DNA of 64,000 nucleotides from a virus, in the IMG/VR virus record IMGVR_UViG_3300010938_000009, positions 32,001 through 96,000 of that record; one strand, 5' to 3'. Below, one piece after another: positions 1 through 9,726 of the stretch. The position numbers were made by a program, and so were the translations under genes. Position 1 is the stretch's first letter. Each line of letters starts with the position of its first letter. The notes under the pieces are model-generated. The model ran no database searches and had not been told where the DNA came from. It saw nothing but the letters and a program-made list of their open reading frames with translations.

Positions 1-27
1 CTTTATAACCACTTACAGCAATTACTT

Positions 28-1011
28 TCATTGTTCACCTTTCAATACTGTATTGCCCTTATAATATAAGTAAGGGGCCATATAGTACATTATAACAGGT
101 ATTCCTAGTTTGTCAACTAGTTTTTCTAATTCTTCCCAACCTTCTTTAGTAGCGAATACAAAATCTCCATGATACCTAATAACTTTAAATTTGTCGTTAG
201 ATAACTTATCTATAATTAAGTCTCCATTAGGTTTACCGTTATTAATACTATAAGGTTGTAGTTCATTTTTAGTTACTATTAGTTCTTTTTTTGTGTCAGC
301 ATTATGAGCTTCATCTATTATAACAGTTTTAGCAGGTATACCTTTAAGGTTAAGTCTAAATAGTGTGTAAACTAGTGTAGCTTTACGTAATAGGTTTTCA
401 AACTTAACTGCTAGTCCTTTACCTGGTTTTAAATAGAAATGTAGTAAATGCGGTTTATCCTTAAGTAATTCTCTAGTTCCGTTAAAGTATTCAAAGTAGA
501 CTTTTTTAGCAGCTGATTCATTAATACCTGTATGAGCGCCTCTAGTTACTATTAAGTTTTTACCGTAATTAGCTCTTAATAAAGTATCGGTATTCTTAAC
601 TCTTATATTAGAATATTTACTTTCTTCGTTAACTTCGTTAACTAAAGCGTAAAATACTGGTTTTTTAGTACCTACTAACACGTCATCAATACTAGCTATA
701 GTTTTAGCGTTATCTTCGTCAGAGTTTTCCCACTGACCTACTAATACAAAATACCTATAACCCCACATAACTGCTAAGTCTGCGAAATCTTTAATAGCAG
801 ATTTATTGTCGTCATTAACCCTAATAAAGTTAGCCCCGAAGTCGTATATTTGACTATGATCTCCAGATTTATTAGGAGCTGTAACTCCTCTAACAAATCC
901 TTCTCCGCCCCCTACTAATCTTTTTAGAATAGGAGCTGGCAACATTAGTAGAAAACTACCTACAATATAAGCAAAAAGTTTATGTAATATATACATATTA
1001 AATATCTCCAT
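28..1011 (-). CDS. Hypothetical protein with hydrophobic N-terminus; possibly a glycoside-hydrolase-like TIM barrel
   Basis: 327-aa ORF; hydrophobic N-terminal segment; 'LVNE' and 'IIDE' resemble clan GH-A acid/base and nucleophile contexts (weak). Confidence 0.3.
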   Translation of the reverse strand: MEIFNMYILHKLFAYIVGSFLLMLPAPILKRLVGGGEGFVRGVTAPNKSGDHSQIYDFGANFIRVNDDNKSAIKDFADLAVMWGYRYFVLVGQWENSDEDNAKTIASIDDVLVGTKKPVFYALVNEVNEESKYSNIRVKNTDTLLRANYGKNLIVTRGAHTGINESAAKKVYFEYFNGTRELLKDKPHLLHFYLKPGKGLAVKFENLLRKATLVYTLFRLNLKGIPAKTVIIDEAHNADTKKELIVTKNELQPYSINNGKPNGDLIIDKLSNDKFKVIRYHGDFVFATKEGWEELEKLVDKLGIPVIMYYMAPYLYYKGNTVLKGEQ

Positions 1012-1255
1012 TTTCTTTCATTTTTTCTAATTCATATTCTGATACTGTCCGACGGTAGAACTCTAACTTAGCGCACTCCATTACTCCTATTAAACTATTA
1101 GCTACATAGTAACTTTGGTCGCTTTGTTCCCAACAAATCTTTAACATACTACTTATTATGTAATTTAGTTCCCCTTCGGTTCCTGGGGTTTTTTCTTTGA
1201 ACTCGCTTAGTATTTTGTCGTATTTGTCTCTTAGGTTTCCTTTTATGTAAGGCAT
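998..1255 (-). CDS. Conserved phage hypothetical protein (MPYI...GELNY...KLEFYRR...YE...NGD type)
   Basis: Motif pattern familiar from small phage proteins; overlaps neighbouring genes. Confidence 0.6.
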   Translation of the reverse strand: MPYIKGNLRDKYDKILSEFKEKTPGTEGELNYIISSMLKICWEQSDQSYYVANSLIGVMECAKLEFYRRTVSEYELEKMKENGDI

Positions 1256-1526
1256 CGTTTGGCTCCTGTTTTGGTAACTCTGTACCGTATAATAAACTCC
1301 ATAATTCTAAATTACCTTTTGGTAAATCTTTTTTAGCAATACTATAAATACTATTTTGAGTATAAATAGTAGGCGGTTTTTCTGTAATCTTTTTTATAGC
1401 TGACGTATAAATAAACTGTCCCGTAAAAAACTTAGGATTACCTATAGCGTATCCTGAAGCTCTATAACCGTATTCAGTTTTAATAAAAGTTACGTTTTTT
1501 AGTTTAAATTTTTTTTCTTTTTTCAT
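1149..1526 (-). CDS. Hypothetical protein
   Basis: ORF track; ATGA overlap with the upstream pseudogene. Confidence 0.5.
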   Translation of the reverse strand: MKKEKKFKLKNVTFIKTEYGYRASGYAIGNPKFFTGQFIYTSAIKKITEKPPTIYTQNSIYSIAKKDLPKGNLELWSLLYGTELPKQEPNDALHKRKPKRQIRQNTKRVQRKNPRNRRGTKLHNK

Positions 1527-1878
1527 TTAGTTTTCTTAATATAAACTCTTTGTCCCATCCATTCTTTACAAGGTAAATCATCCACATAACTAATTGGTTT
1601 ACTTATTATTAAGTCTACGTATTCTTCTAACTGTAAAATTCTAACTACTTCTTTAGCTCAATCTCAACCGCCAGCGCTCCACACTACTATCTTTTTACCT
1701 TCAGATTTATACCTCTTTAATAGATTAATATGTTTTGATGAGGTATCAAGTTATAAATACATCTACTTTGTGGATCATTAAATTCTAAAGTATTACCTTC
1801 TTCCGATTTATCTCCTTATATAACTAGCGTATTATCACAATCACAATAAATTACTGGATCATCCTCTAATATAAACAT
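1523..1878 (-). pseudogene. Disrupted HAD-family phosphatase-like gene
   Basis: Manual translation: MFILEDDPVIYCDCDNTLVI*...IPHQ/KHINLLKRYKSEGKKIVVWSAGG*D*AKEVVRILQLEEYVDLIISKPISYVDDL. DxDxT, WS and DD motifs; stops at 1816-1818, 1664-1666 and 1658-1660; 1-nt deletion in the A-run at 1733-1736. Confidence 0.8.
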
Positions 1879-2087
1879 TAGTCTTTATCCTCTAAAGCGA
1901 AAGGGGCTTCGTGTATAGTACTATTCCAGTAAATAACACAACCTTCTTTTTTAATATCTTTTCTATCAGGTACTAAATAACTTTGGTAAGTATCAGGTAC
2001 TCCTAAGTATCTAGCACAAGTAGCCCTTACAGGGCAAACTTTAGTACCACATTTACTAATACCTTGACATAAACTATAATCTGGCAT
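1878..2087 (-). CDS. Small Cys-rich phage protein (CP.R..C.RY)
   Basis: ORF track; Cys pattern. Confidence 0.55.
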   Translation of the reverse strand: MPDYSLCQGISKCGTKVCPVRATCARYLGVPDTYQSYLVPDRKDIKKEGCVIYWNSTIHEAPFALEDKD

Positions 2088-2158
2088 AATTACTTCCTAA
2101 CTCCGTTACTAGTTCCATTTTCTGTATGCATTAAATCAAATAATTCAAATATAGTCAT

Positions 2159-2536
2159 CTACTTACCCTCATTAATATATTTATATAATGACTCAAGCTG
2201 TTCTTTACTAAATTTATACTTAGGCATCATATTAGTACTACGTCTAGGCTTATAACCTTCAGGGTACTTACCTTCGTTTACTTTCAAGTTAATTAAAGCT
2301 TGACTACTAGGTTTAAGTTCAGGACCTACAGCACCTACTTTACTTGTATCACTATTATGACAATGAGTGCAAGTTTTATTATAAATAAACTTACCTTTTT
2401 CTAAAGTAGGAATTTCATTAGGTTTGGGTATATCGTGCGTATGATCTTTGTGTTCATTAATATTATATCTAATCAAACTTAAAATTACTATTAAAGTTAC
2501 CACGAATAATACAAATCTAACTATTATAGCTATCAT
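2159..2536 (-). CDS. Membrane-anchored class I cytochrome c
   Basis: N-terminal TM helix, G..IY...CTHCH haem-binding motif, GPEL, distal MP, C-terminal helix 'QLESLYKYI'. Confidence 0.8.
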   Translation of the reverse strand: MIAIIVRFVLFVVTLIVILSLIRYNINEHKDHTHDIPKPNEIPTLEKGKFIYNKTCTHCHNSDTSKVGAVGPELKPSSQALINLKVNEGKYPEGYKPRRSTNMMPKYKFSKEQLESLYKYINEGK

Positions 2537-2943
2537 ATTTATGATTTAACCTCTTTTTATTAAGTTGTATTACTATTATTAAAGCTCCTATAAAAGCTAT
2601 GGCTGTAGGAGCAGTAGCTACAGGTAAACCTAGTTTAAATATAGCTAGAAGTAGTAACTCTTTAATAAAGTATTGTAAAGTGTAGTATATCATTAAAAAT
2701 TGAAAAAGCAACATTAAACTAAAGATATATTTATTATTCAACATATAGTCCCTCCGTTAATTCTGTAACTAACATGAAATTAGCTAGGGGATTTAAATGT
2801 TTCCATTGTAAACTTAAAGTGCTTCCATTAAGAATTACTTCGAATCTATACTCATTACAAACTTTTACTATGGCTTTTTCATATTTATTATTACTATTTA
2901 AATAAATTATTTTATCACCTGGTTTAAAATTTAAAGGTTTCAT
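2517..2943 (-). CDS. Two small hypothetical ORFs (2517-2744 membrane protein; 2734-2943 with C-terminal LY motif)
   Basis: ORF track; coupled overlaps. Confidence 0.55.
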
Positions 2944-2964
2944 AAATATAGCTCCTTAATATTA

Positions 2965-3039
2965 TGGTAGCGGTGGTAGGAATCGAACCTACTTTCTTCA
3001 GATTATGAGCCTGACGACTTACTACTTGTCCTCACCGCA
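2965..3039 (-). tRNA. tRNA-Met(CAT), initiator-like
   Basis: TGCGGTG/CACCGCT acceptor stem with U1-U72 mismatch, anticodon loop CT-CAT-AA, GGTTCGATTCC T-arm, encoded A-CCA end. Confidence 0.9.
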
Positions 3040-3045
3040 ATATAA

Positions 3046-3075
3046 AGTATACTATAAGAATAACTACGTTGTCAA
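3046..3075 (-). promoter_or_regulatory. Sigma70-type promoter for the tRNA
   Basis: TTGACA-18 nt-TATACT immediately upstream of the tRNA 5' end. Confidence 0.6.
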
Positions 3076-3079
3076 GTAT

Positions 3080-3120
3080 AAAAATAAAAAAAGACTAGCA
3101 ACTTTATAGTTACTAGTCTT
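3080..3120 (-). terminator. Intrinsic terminator after nrdJ
   Basis: AAGACTAGTAAC/GTTGCTAGTCTT hairpin followed by a T-run on the minus strand. Confidence 0.65.
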
Positions 3121-3150
3121 ATTATAAGTATAGTTAGTATTTCTAAGGGT

Positions 3151-4929
3151 TTAGGTTATTTCACATATTCCTGAAGTACAGTCTGTTTCTACAGCTTTAA
3201 TAACTTCATTATTATATTTAAGTTTAGCTTCTTCTAAAGTTAAAGCTTTTAGTGGAGGTTCGTGTACAACTCCGTTATCATCTACATAACCTCTTGTATT
3301 CTCTCTATAAAAAGTAATACCTTTAATATAAGGTAAATACTCTAACCATAGTTTAGACATATCTTCAATAGGGTAGTCTTCAGGTATATTAATAGTTTTT
3401 GATACTGCGTTATCTACGTGTTTTTGTATAATTCTTTGTACTTCTATATGGTCTTTTACACTTAAGTCTCTAGCGCCTTTAAAATGTTCTACAGATCTAT
3501 TTTGTTCTAAGAATTGTGCAAATAGAGGGTGGTAAACTAACTCCACTTTTCTAGAATCTCCATCCCAATAACGCCTTTCATAAGCAGGAGCAAACATAGG
3601 TTCGATACCACTAGAACAATTACCTGATAGAATGCTAACAGTCCCAGTGGGAGCTTGAGTAAGAATAGCACAATTTCTAATACCATGCTCAGCAATTAAA
3701 GACTTAATTTTAGAAGGCATTCGTTTAACAAATCCTGATTCAATATGTAAATCTGGTCTACAAGCAGGAAAGGCTCCTTTTTCTATAGCTAACATAATAC
3801 TAGCTTCGTAAGCTACTTTAGAAATGAATCTGTAAAGTTTATCTATAAATTTATTACCTTCTTCACTACCATATTTATAATCTAATAAAGCTAAAGTGTC
3901 AGCTAACCCTGTAGTTCCTAAACCTATTCTTCTAAGTTTGTGGGATTTCTCTTTCATTTCAGGTAAAGGATAAGAGTTAACTGTTAGTACGTTATCTAAA
4001 AAACGAACAGCACTACGAACAGTGTCTCCTAAAAGCGCATAATTAACTTCCCCTTCAGTTATAAATCTAGGTAGTACAATATGCCCTAAACAACAACAAT
4101 CAAAAGCACTAAGAGCTATTTCTCCGCAAGGATTTGTGGTAACTAGGTCTTCGATATAGTAAATATTAGACTCACTTAAAACTAATTCCCAATTTAAAAA
4201 TCCAGGTTCTGCGGAATTATAAGCATTAGTAACAATTTTATTCCATAAATCTCTAGCTTTTATAATTCTTTTATATTTACCTTTCCAAGATAATTCCCAA
4301 TCTAAATCTTTTTCTACTGCTTTAATAAATTCTTTTGTTCTTTTACTTCTCACACTAATATTAGCGTGAGTTAGTTGTCCTTTTTGTAGTTTAGCATCTA
4401 AAAATTCTTCTATGTCAGGATGATCTAAATCCAATGAAAACATTAAAGCTACTCTTCTTTGACCTCCAGCCTTTACAGGCTTGGCACAACCATCCATTAA
4501 TTTCATTAATTCAACAGGACCAGGAGCTTCACCTTTTTGTTGGTTTATTATTGCTCCTCTAGGTCTTATATCAGAAAACTCATCACCGCAGCCGCCGCCA
4601 GTCATAGAAGTTATTATCATATTTTTAGCGGAATTTCCCCAACCTTCTTTTGAATCTTTATTAGGATCTAAAACAAAACAATTTAATAACTGTGGATTAG
4701 TTCTACCTGAATTATACCAAATTCTTCCACCTGGTACAAATAAATTTTTTATTAATATATCTTTAAATTTTTCTTCGTATATCTTTTGTTTATCTGGAAT
4801 TTCAGCTATAGCCATTTGTCTAGAAACTCTAGAACAAGCTTCTGACCAAGTTTCTTCTGTTGTAAAAGCATATCTTTTTTTGAATATATCTAATGAAAGT
4901 CCTTGAGGCTCGTAAAGATTATCAGACAT
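3151..4929 (-). CDS. nrdJ: Class II (adenosylcobalamin-dependent) ribonucleotide reductase
   Basis: PGGRI..N, NCFV, TNPCGE, RRIGLG, APTGT, VDNAVSKTIN, C-terminal CTSGIC; no nrdB small subunit in the window. Confidence 0.88.
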   Translation of the reverse strand: MSDNLYEPQGLSLDIFKKRYAFTTEETWSEACSRVSRQMAIAEIPDKQKIYEEKFKDILIKNLFVPGGRIWYNSGRTNPQLLNCFVLDPNKDSKEGWGNSAKNMIITSMTGGGCGDEFSDIRPRGAIINQQKGEAPGPVELMKLMDGCAKPVKAGGQRRVALMFSLDLDHPDIEEFLDAKLQKGQLTHANISVRSKRTKEFIKAVEKDLDWELSWKGKYKRIIKARDLWNKIVTNAYNSAEPGFLNWELVLSESNIYYIEDLVTTNPCGEIALSAFDCCCLGHIVLPRFITEGEVNYALLGDTVRSAVRFLDNVLTVNSYPLPEMKEKSHKLRRIGLGTTGLADTLALLDYKYGSEEGNKFIDKLYRFISKVAYEASIMLAIEKGAFPACRPDLHIESGFVKRMPSKIKSLIAEHGIRNCAILTQAPTGTVSILSGNCSSGIEPMFAPAYERRYWDGDSRKVELVYHPLFAQFLEQNRSVEHFKGARDLSVKDHIEVQRIIQKHVDNAVSKTINIPEDYPIEDMSKLWLEYLPYIKGITFYRENTRGYVDDNGVVHEPPLKALTLEEAKLKYNNEVIKAVETDCTSGICEIT

Positions 4930-4949
4930 TATATCTCCTATCTAAGTTG

Positions 4950-5539
4950 TTATTTTGTTGGATATCTTGGTACTACTTGTAAGTATTGTTCTCCTACATC
5001 GTCCTGTTCTAGCATTATAATATAATTACTAGTATAAGCTACTAAATAACTTATAGTACCTATATTACAAGTATATTCTACATGTTCTATAGTCTCGTTA
5101 TACTTATCTAGTATCTGATCTAGTTCGTGTTTAAGAGTTGTATTAAGGTATACAGCGTCTTCTATCCAGTATTCATTATTCAATCTAATATTTAGTACTT
5201 CTTCAGTTAAGTTACCATATCTCATTTTGATTTAAACTCCGTGTATTGTTCTAGTAAGTCTTTATGTAGTTCTATAAGTAGATCTATAAACTTTAATCGT
5301 TCAGACTTAACTCCTTCATTATAGCCCATTGCATAAGAAGTATTAGTAGGAGATAGGTCGTTTATAGGTTTTACCTTAGTTTTAAGGTGTTCCATCATAT
5401 AACGTACTATAAACATAGCTTCGTCCATCCAAGCTTCTTGTCGCTCTTTTGATATGTGTTTCCACCTAAGCTTAGTACCAGTTTCCCTATAAGCATAATG
5501 TTCAAACATAGTTTTAGCTAGTTCTTCTATTGTAGTCAT
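4950..5539 (-). CDS. Two hypothetical proteins (4950-5225, 5222-5539)
   Basis: ORF track; coupled stop/start. Confidence 0.55.
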
Positions 5540-5871
5540 TAATTCTTATCCCAATAGTCTTGTATTTCTTTGTCGGTTTTATTAGTTTGGTCGCCACTAA
5601 TTTTTTTTCTTTGTTCAGCTAATTGTACCATAGCTTTAGTCAAATCGTCAATCTCTTTATTCAATAATTTTCTTTCTTTTAGCATTTCATTAATTTCAGC
5701 TTCTAACAGGTCAGCTTCTTTTTGAGTATTAGCTAGAGCTATTCTAGCTTTTAAAGCTTTAGCTTCCTTATTTTTAAGGTTAATGTAGTACAGTAATAAA
5801 CCTATAACTACTCCTAATACTATAGTAATATTAGCGTAAATATTTTTAAAAAAATCTTTAATTTTACTCAT
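5539..5871 (-). CDS. TM plus coiled-coil protein (spanin-like?)
   Basis: N-terminal TM, long heptad helix. Confidence 0.35.
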   Translation of the reverse strand: MSKIKDFFKNIYANITIVLGVVIGLLLYYINLKNKEAKALKARIALANTQKEADLLEAEINEMLKERKLLNKEIDDLTKAMVQLAEQRKKISGDQTNKTDKEIQDYWDKN

Positions 5872-6421
5872 TGTTTTTAGTCCTTTTAACAGTTACACCT
5901 TGTTCATTAACTCTAAGTTCCTCAAAATATACTTTACCAGCTTTAATAGCATTTTTAATAAGTTTTTGTCGTTTACTAGTTTTACTGTTACCTGATTTAA
6001 CTTCAATAAATACTACTTCAGCGTCATCAAAATTAAAATACAGATAATCAATAGGAGTACCTAAATGTCTTAGATTTTGACTATCATAAGGTAAACCTTG
6101 TAATATTGGAACTAGATTTTCTGTTATATTACCCAAACGTGTCTCAGATGATTTCTTCATTGATAAAATAGATCTACTTTTTTCTCTTTCTAAACCTAAA
6201 TCTTCTTGTGTTTTAAATAAATCTTCTTGTAATTCTCTATTACCTTTAAGTAATTGTTCGTTGTCTACTCTAAGTTGCATTAAATGGTCTTGTTCATCTA
6301 TATACTTACCTAATATTTCAGCTCTCTCTACTTTTATATTAGTCATTTCTTTTTTTAATGTATAGTTATTATAAATTAATAATAATATACCTAATAATAA
6401 AATTATTACTGCAGTTTCCAT
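5864..6421 (-). CDS. Membrane-anchored Holliday-junction-resolvase-like PD-(D/E)XK endonuclease
   Basis: LG.PIDYL.F, VVFIEVKSG, SKRQK motifs; N-terminal TM and coiled coil. Confidence 0.75.
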   Translation of the reverse strand: METAVIILLLGILLLIYNNYTLKKEMTNIKVERAEILGKYIDEQDHLMQLRVDNEQLLKGNRELQEDLFKTQEDLGLEREKSRSILSMKKSSETRLGNITENLVPILQGLPYDSQNLRHLGTPIDYLYFNFDDAEVVFIEVKSGNSKTSKRQKLIKNAIKAGKVYFEELRVNEQGVTVKRTKNNE

Positions 6422-6846
6422 TATCTACTCCAAAATTTAGAAGCTACGTAACCTGCTCCTATAGTTAATATAACTCCACCTATTACAAATATTAAGTCTC
6501 TTTTACCTCTACCGTCCTCAGACTCTATTAACTTTCTAGTAGAATCTTCAGCTCTAATACGCCATAGTTCAGCTTTATCTCGTTCTTTATTTGTAATACT
6601 TTCTTGTAGTCTAATACTCTCATTAAGTAGATTAACTTGTTTATTAAGTAGTTCTAACTGTTGAGTAAAGAACTTATTTTCTTCATTCATTATTCTAACT
6701 TTTAGTTCTTTTTCAGGAGAAAAGAGAAAGCCACTACATGGAGCGGCTTCCCCTTTATTTAGAAAGGTAACATCCTTGATACACTCTGCTAAACTAATAT
6801 TAACTATACTTATTAACATTATTAAACTAATTAACTTACTTAACAT
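6421..6846 (-). CDS. Signal peptide, coiled coil and C-terminal TM protein (spanin-like?)
   Basis: Signal peptide, KGEAAP..G, coiled coil, C-terminal TM. Confidence 0.35.
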   Translation of the reverse strand: MLSKLISLIMLISIVNISLAECIKDVTFLNKGEAAPCSGFLFSPEKELKVRIMNEENKFFTQQLELLNKQVNLLNESIRLQESITNKERDKAELWRIRAEDSTRKLIESEDGRGKRDLIFVIGGVILTIGAGYVASKFWSR

Positions 6847-7720
6847 AATTTAGGTATATTCCAGTATTTAGGTACTTATGTATAAACTCTTGTTTCTTAT
6901 AAATCATAGTGTGAATAACATCTTGTACCATTTTTCTATCTGCAGTACTAGTATAATCAAAGATTCTACTAAAGTCAACATCTAAAGGATAAGTAATTAA
7001 AGGGCAATCTGACCAAGTTACTCTAACTGATCCAAAAAGGGTTCTTACAGTTTCTATATTAGTTCCTGTAATCATTGAACTATCACATTTAGCTAGTACT
7101 ACTTTATCAGCAGCATTAGCATTTACAGCATCTTGACCGTCTACCCAATATTCGTTCACTATTAAGTTTTTATAATCATTTACTGATAATTTCATTCTAT
7201 CTGCACATTCTTTTTCAATATTTTCCATTCGTCTAGTCCAATATTCTACTCTACTATTTAATTCTCCAGGAATTTGACCACTTACGCTACCTCTAGCTCT
7301 GTGTGACATTAGAGTACCATGAGGTAATATTAATCTCTCGCCTAAACTTTGCGCCATAATAAAACCCATACTAGCTGCAAAGTTAGTAATAGTTTTAATT
7401 TCTTGAGGTAAAGCTTTTAAAGAAGTTATAAATTCTTGTCCAGATACTACATCTCCTCCTGGAGTATCAAGTACTAGATAAATAGTGTCTTGAAATTTAT
7501 TAGCACTACTTAATTTAAATATCTTTTTTTGTACTTCTGTAACTGATTCTCCAGTAACAGCTCCTCTAAATACTACAGTATTACTTTTAGTCAAAGTAAT
7601 TAAAGGTATTTCTTTACCTTCTACAGTTTTTTTACCTGGCTTATTTAAGCCTGGAAAGTCAAAAGCTAATAAACTAGTGATTACTAGTAATAAAGCTGTT
7701 AGTCTTATAAGTTTTTTCAT
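6836..7720 (-). CDS. ClpP/crotonase-like (S14/S49) protease with signal peptide
   Basis: LDTPGGDV, FAASMG (catalytic Ser), LMSH (His), A...ADKV. Confidence 0.75.
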   Translation of the reverse strand: MKKLIRLTALLLVITSLLAFDFPGLNKPGKKTVEGKEIPLITLTKSNTVVFRGAVTGESVTEVQKKIFKLSSANKFQDTIYLVLDTPGGDVVSGQEFITSLKALPQEIKTITNFAASMGFIMAQSLGERLILPHGTLMSHRARGSVSGQIPGELNSRVEYWTRRMENIEKECADRMKLSVNDYKNLIVNEYWVDGQDAVNANAADKVVLAKCDSSMITGTNIETVRTLFGSVRVTWSDCPLITYPLDVDFSRIFDYTSTADRKMVQDVIHTMIYKKQEFIHKYLNTGIYLNYVK

Positions 7721-7729
7721 ATACTCCTC

Positions 7730-7972
7730 TTATTTGTTCTCAGCAGCTTTACTGCTAGAATCATTACCAAAATCACCTTTACTTCCGAAGCTAAATCTTC
7801 TACCAAAGTATAAGGCTGTTGTTGTATATAGGAACTCTTGTAGAGGTCCTACGCCACTTACTATACCTACTAGTGATAGTCCTGCTGCTATTAAATAAGC
7901 TGCTATAGCTATATTTAACATAGTTAGACTTACTGAAGGTTCCCCTGTTTTAGGATCTATCATATATTTCAT
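7730..7972 (-). CDS. Two-TM small membrane protein (holin-like)
   Basis: Two hydrophobic helices, LYFGRRF, charged C-terminal tail. Confidence 0.4.
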   Translation of the reverse strand: MKYMIDPKTGEPSVSLTMLNIAIAAYLIAAGLSLVGIVSGVGPLQEFLYTTTALYFGRRFSFGSKGDFGNDSSSKAAENK

Positions 7973-8154
7973 ATTATCTCCTCGTTATTTAGATAAATTT
8001 GTTTACAAGATATAAGAAAGTCTTGTAATTTTAAATCTTGCTTCATAAAATTTACGTAACTACATACTAATGAGCAATATTTTCTAATTTTGTTCCAATT
8101 AGTAACTCTAAAAGAATTGTTACAATGTTCACAATTTTTATAATTATTAATCAC
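7969..8154 (-). CDS. Zn-finger miniprotein, probable internally deleted HNH endonuclease remnant
   Basis: CEHC...RKYCSLVC joined to a VN.MKQDL..QDFL..CKQI-type C-terminus. Confidence 0.4.
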   Translation of the reverse strand: MINNYKNCEHCNNSFRVTNWNKIRKYCSLVCSYVNFMKQDLKLQDFLISCKQIYLNNEEII

Positions 8155-8155
8155 T

Positions 8156-8800
8156 TTATAAAACTCCTATATGAGGGTTAAAAGTGCAATTAGAATAATC
8201 AATTTTTTTTATACCTAATCTTTTCAACCAACCTAAAGACACTGCTATAGCATCATATAGATCATTAGGTGTTTGTCTGTTGTTTTTTGTTATATTTGAT
8301 ATAATTTCATTAGGGACATTTAAAACTTGTAAAACTTTTTGTTTAGTAGGCTCTTTATAGTCCCTTTTACCTTGAGAAGTATCAGGTTTGATACCTAGTT
8401 CACTTCTCCATTGTTGGGGGTAAATTGAAGTAACTTTTACTCCATTTTCTGCCGCCCCTACTTTAATAGCGCCGACCATTTCACTAACTACCATACAGCC
8501 CATAGCTTTTTTAGGATTTACACTATAATGTTCGTAAACTATATGGTCAACTTGTTCTACTACTTCAAAATAAGTCATAATAGCGTTAAACATATAGGAA
8601 AACTTCTCTTGGTGGTCCCAATTAGGGTCTAACCATAAAGCTCCTGCAGACTTAATATTAGCTTTCTTATTAATAAAGTCTACAGCTACTTTACAATAAC
8701 CTGTACAACTAGAACTAATATCTAGAAATAACACGTTAGCAGCATCTACATTAACTTCGTTATCTGTTAGTAGTTTTTTAATTTCATCTAGATCTTCCAT
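8156..8800 (-). CDS. ruvC: RuvC-like Holliday junction resolvase
   Basis: LFLDISSSCTG, IVYE, P.QWR, D..DAIAV. Confidence 0.75.
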   Translation of the reverse strand: MEDLDEIKKLLTDNEVNVDAANVLFLDISSSCTGYCKVAVDFINKKANIKSAGALWLDPNWDHQEKFSYMFNAIMTYFEVVEQVDHIVYEHYSVNPKKAMGCMVVSEMVGAIKVGAAENGVKVTSIYPQQWRSELGIKPDTSQGKRDYKEPTKQKVLQVLNVPNEIISNITKNNRQTPNDLYDAIAVSLGWLKRLGIKKIDYSNCTFNPHIGVL

Positions 8801-9726
8801 ATTTACTTTTAAACTCCTGTATTAAGTCGTTAGCTAAATTTACATCTCCAGCTTTATAAGCTATTCTAATACGTTTATTTAACTCTCGTTTTATTTTATG
8901 TTGTTGTAATTCATTAAAATGACTAATTCTAGTATTTACCATTTTAGCTAACTCTATATCATTATTAATGTCTTTACCTTTTTTTACAGCCACTTTGTAT
9001 AATATATCGGATAGTTCTTGTTTATCTTCAGGAGCTAGAGCAGCTAAACTAAGTAGTTCTTTTAGTTCTGATAATACCCTTTCATATTCTTCTTTAGTAG
9101 CGGTTTTAGTTAAAGTGTTAATTTTAGTTTTAATTTGTTTTATACCTATATCATAATACATTTGATTAGTTTGTTTTATAATCTGTTTAGTAGTAAAGTT
9201 AGGTAAGTTTTTACGTCTTTGTCTTCTTTCTATAAAATTATCATACCATAATAGAATATTAAAATAAATATTACCTAAAAAGCTAGTATAAAATAATTTT
9301 TTAATACTTTTCACCTTTTAATACTCCTTTTACATTAGGGTTGTGTTTTTGAGCTTTAGTTCTATTAGAGCAAGTAGTACATTTTCTAAAATACCAAGGA
9401 TTACCTTGTTTAGTATATAATACTATTTCTAAATAACCTGTCCCACATTGTAAACATTTCCATTCATCTTTTAGTTTTTCTAAAATATCTTCTCTTTCTT
9501 CTAATTTATCTTCATAGTAATATTTATCTAATAGTTCTTTAACATTATTATAATCATCTAAGTCAATTCTTGCTAACTGTTTTCTTAAAGCTCCTATTTG
9601 TTTCTTTAACTTATCATTCTCTCTTTTTAATTTCTGTAGTAAGTCATGTTCTTTATCCGTATGAACTCTTCTTTTCATAATACCTCTTATAACTTTATTT
9701 ACCTGTATGACCAAAACCTCCAGCAC
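8784..9726 (-). CDS. Two hypothetical proteins (8784-9314; 9301-9726 coiled coil plus CxxC...CxxC Zn ribbon)
   Basis: ORF track. Confidence 0.55.

Noticed and set aside
1658-1818. TGA-to-Trp genetic code reassignment
   Set aside because: The same gene also has a TAA and a frameshift, and TGA terminates many intact genes (ATGA overlaps).
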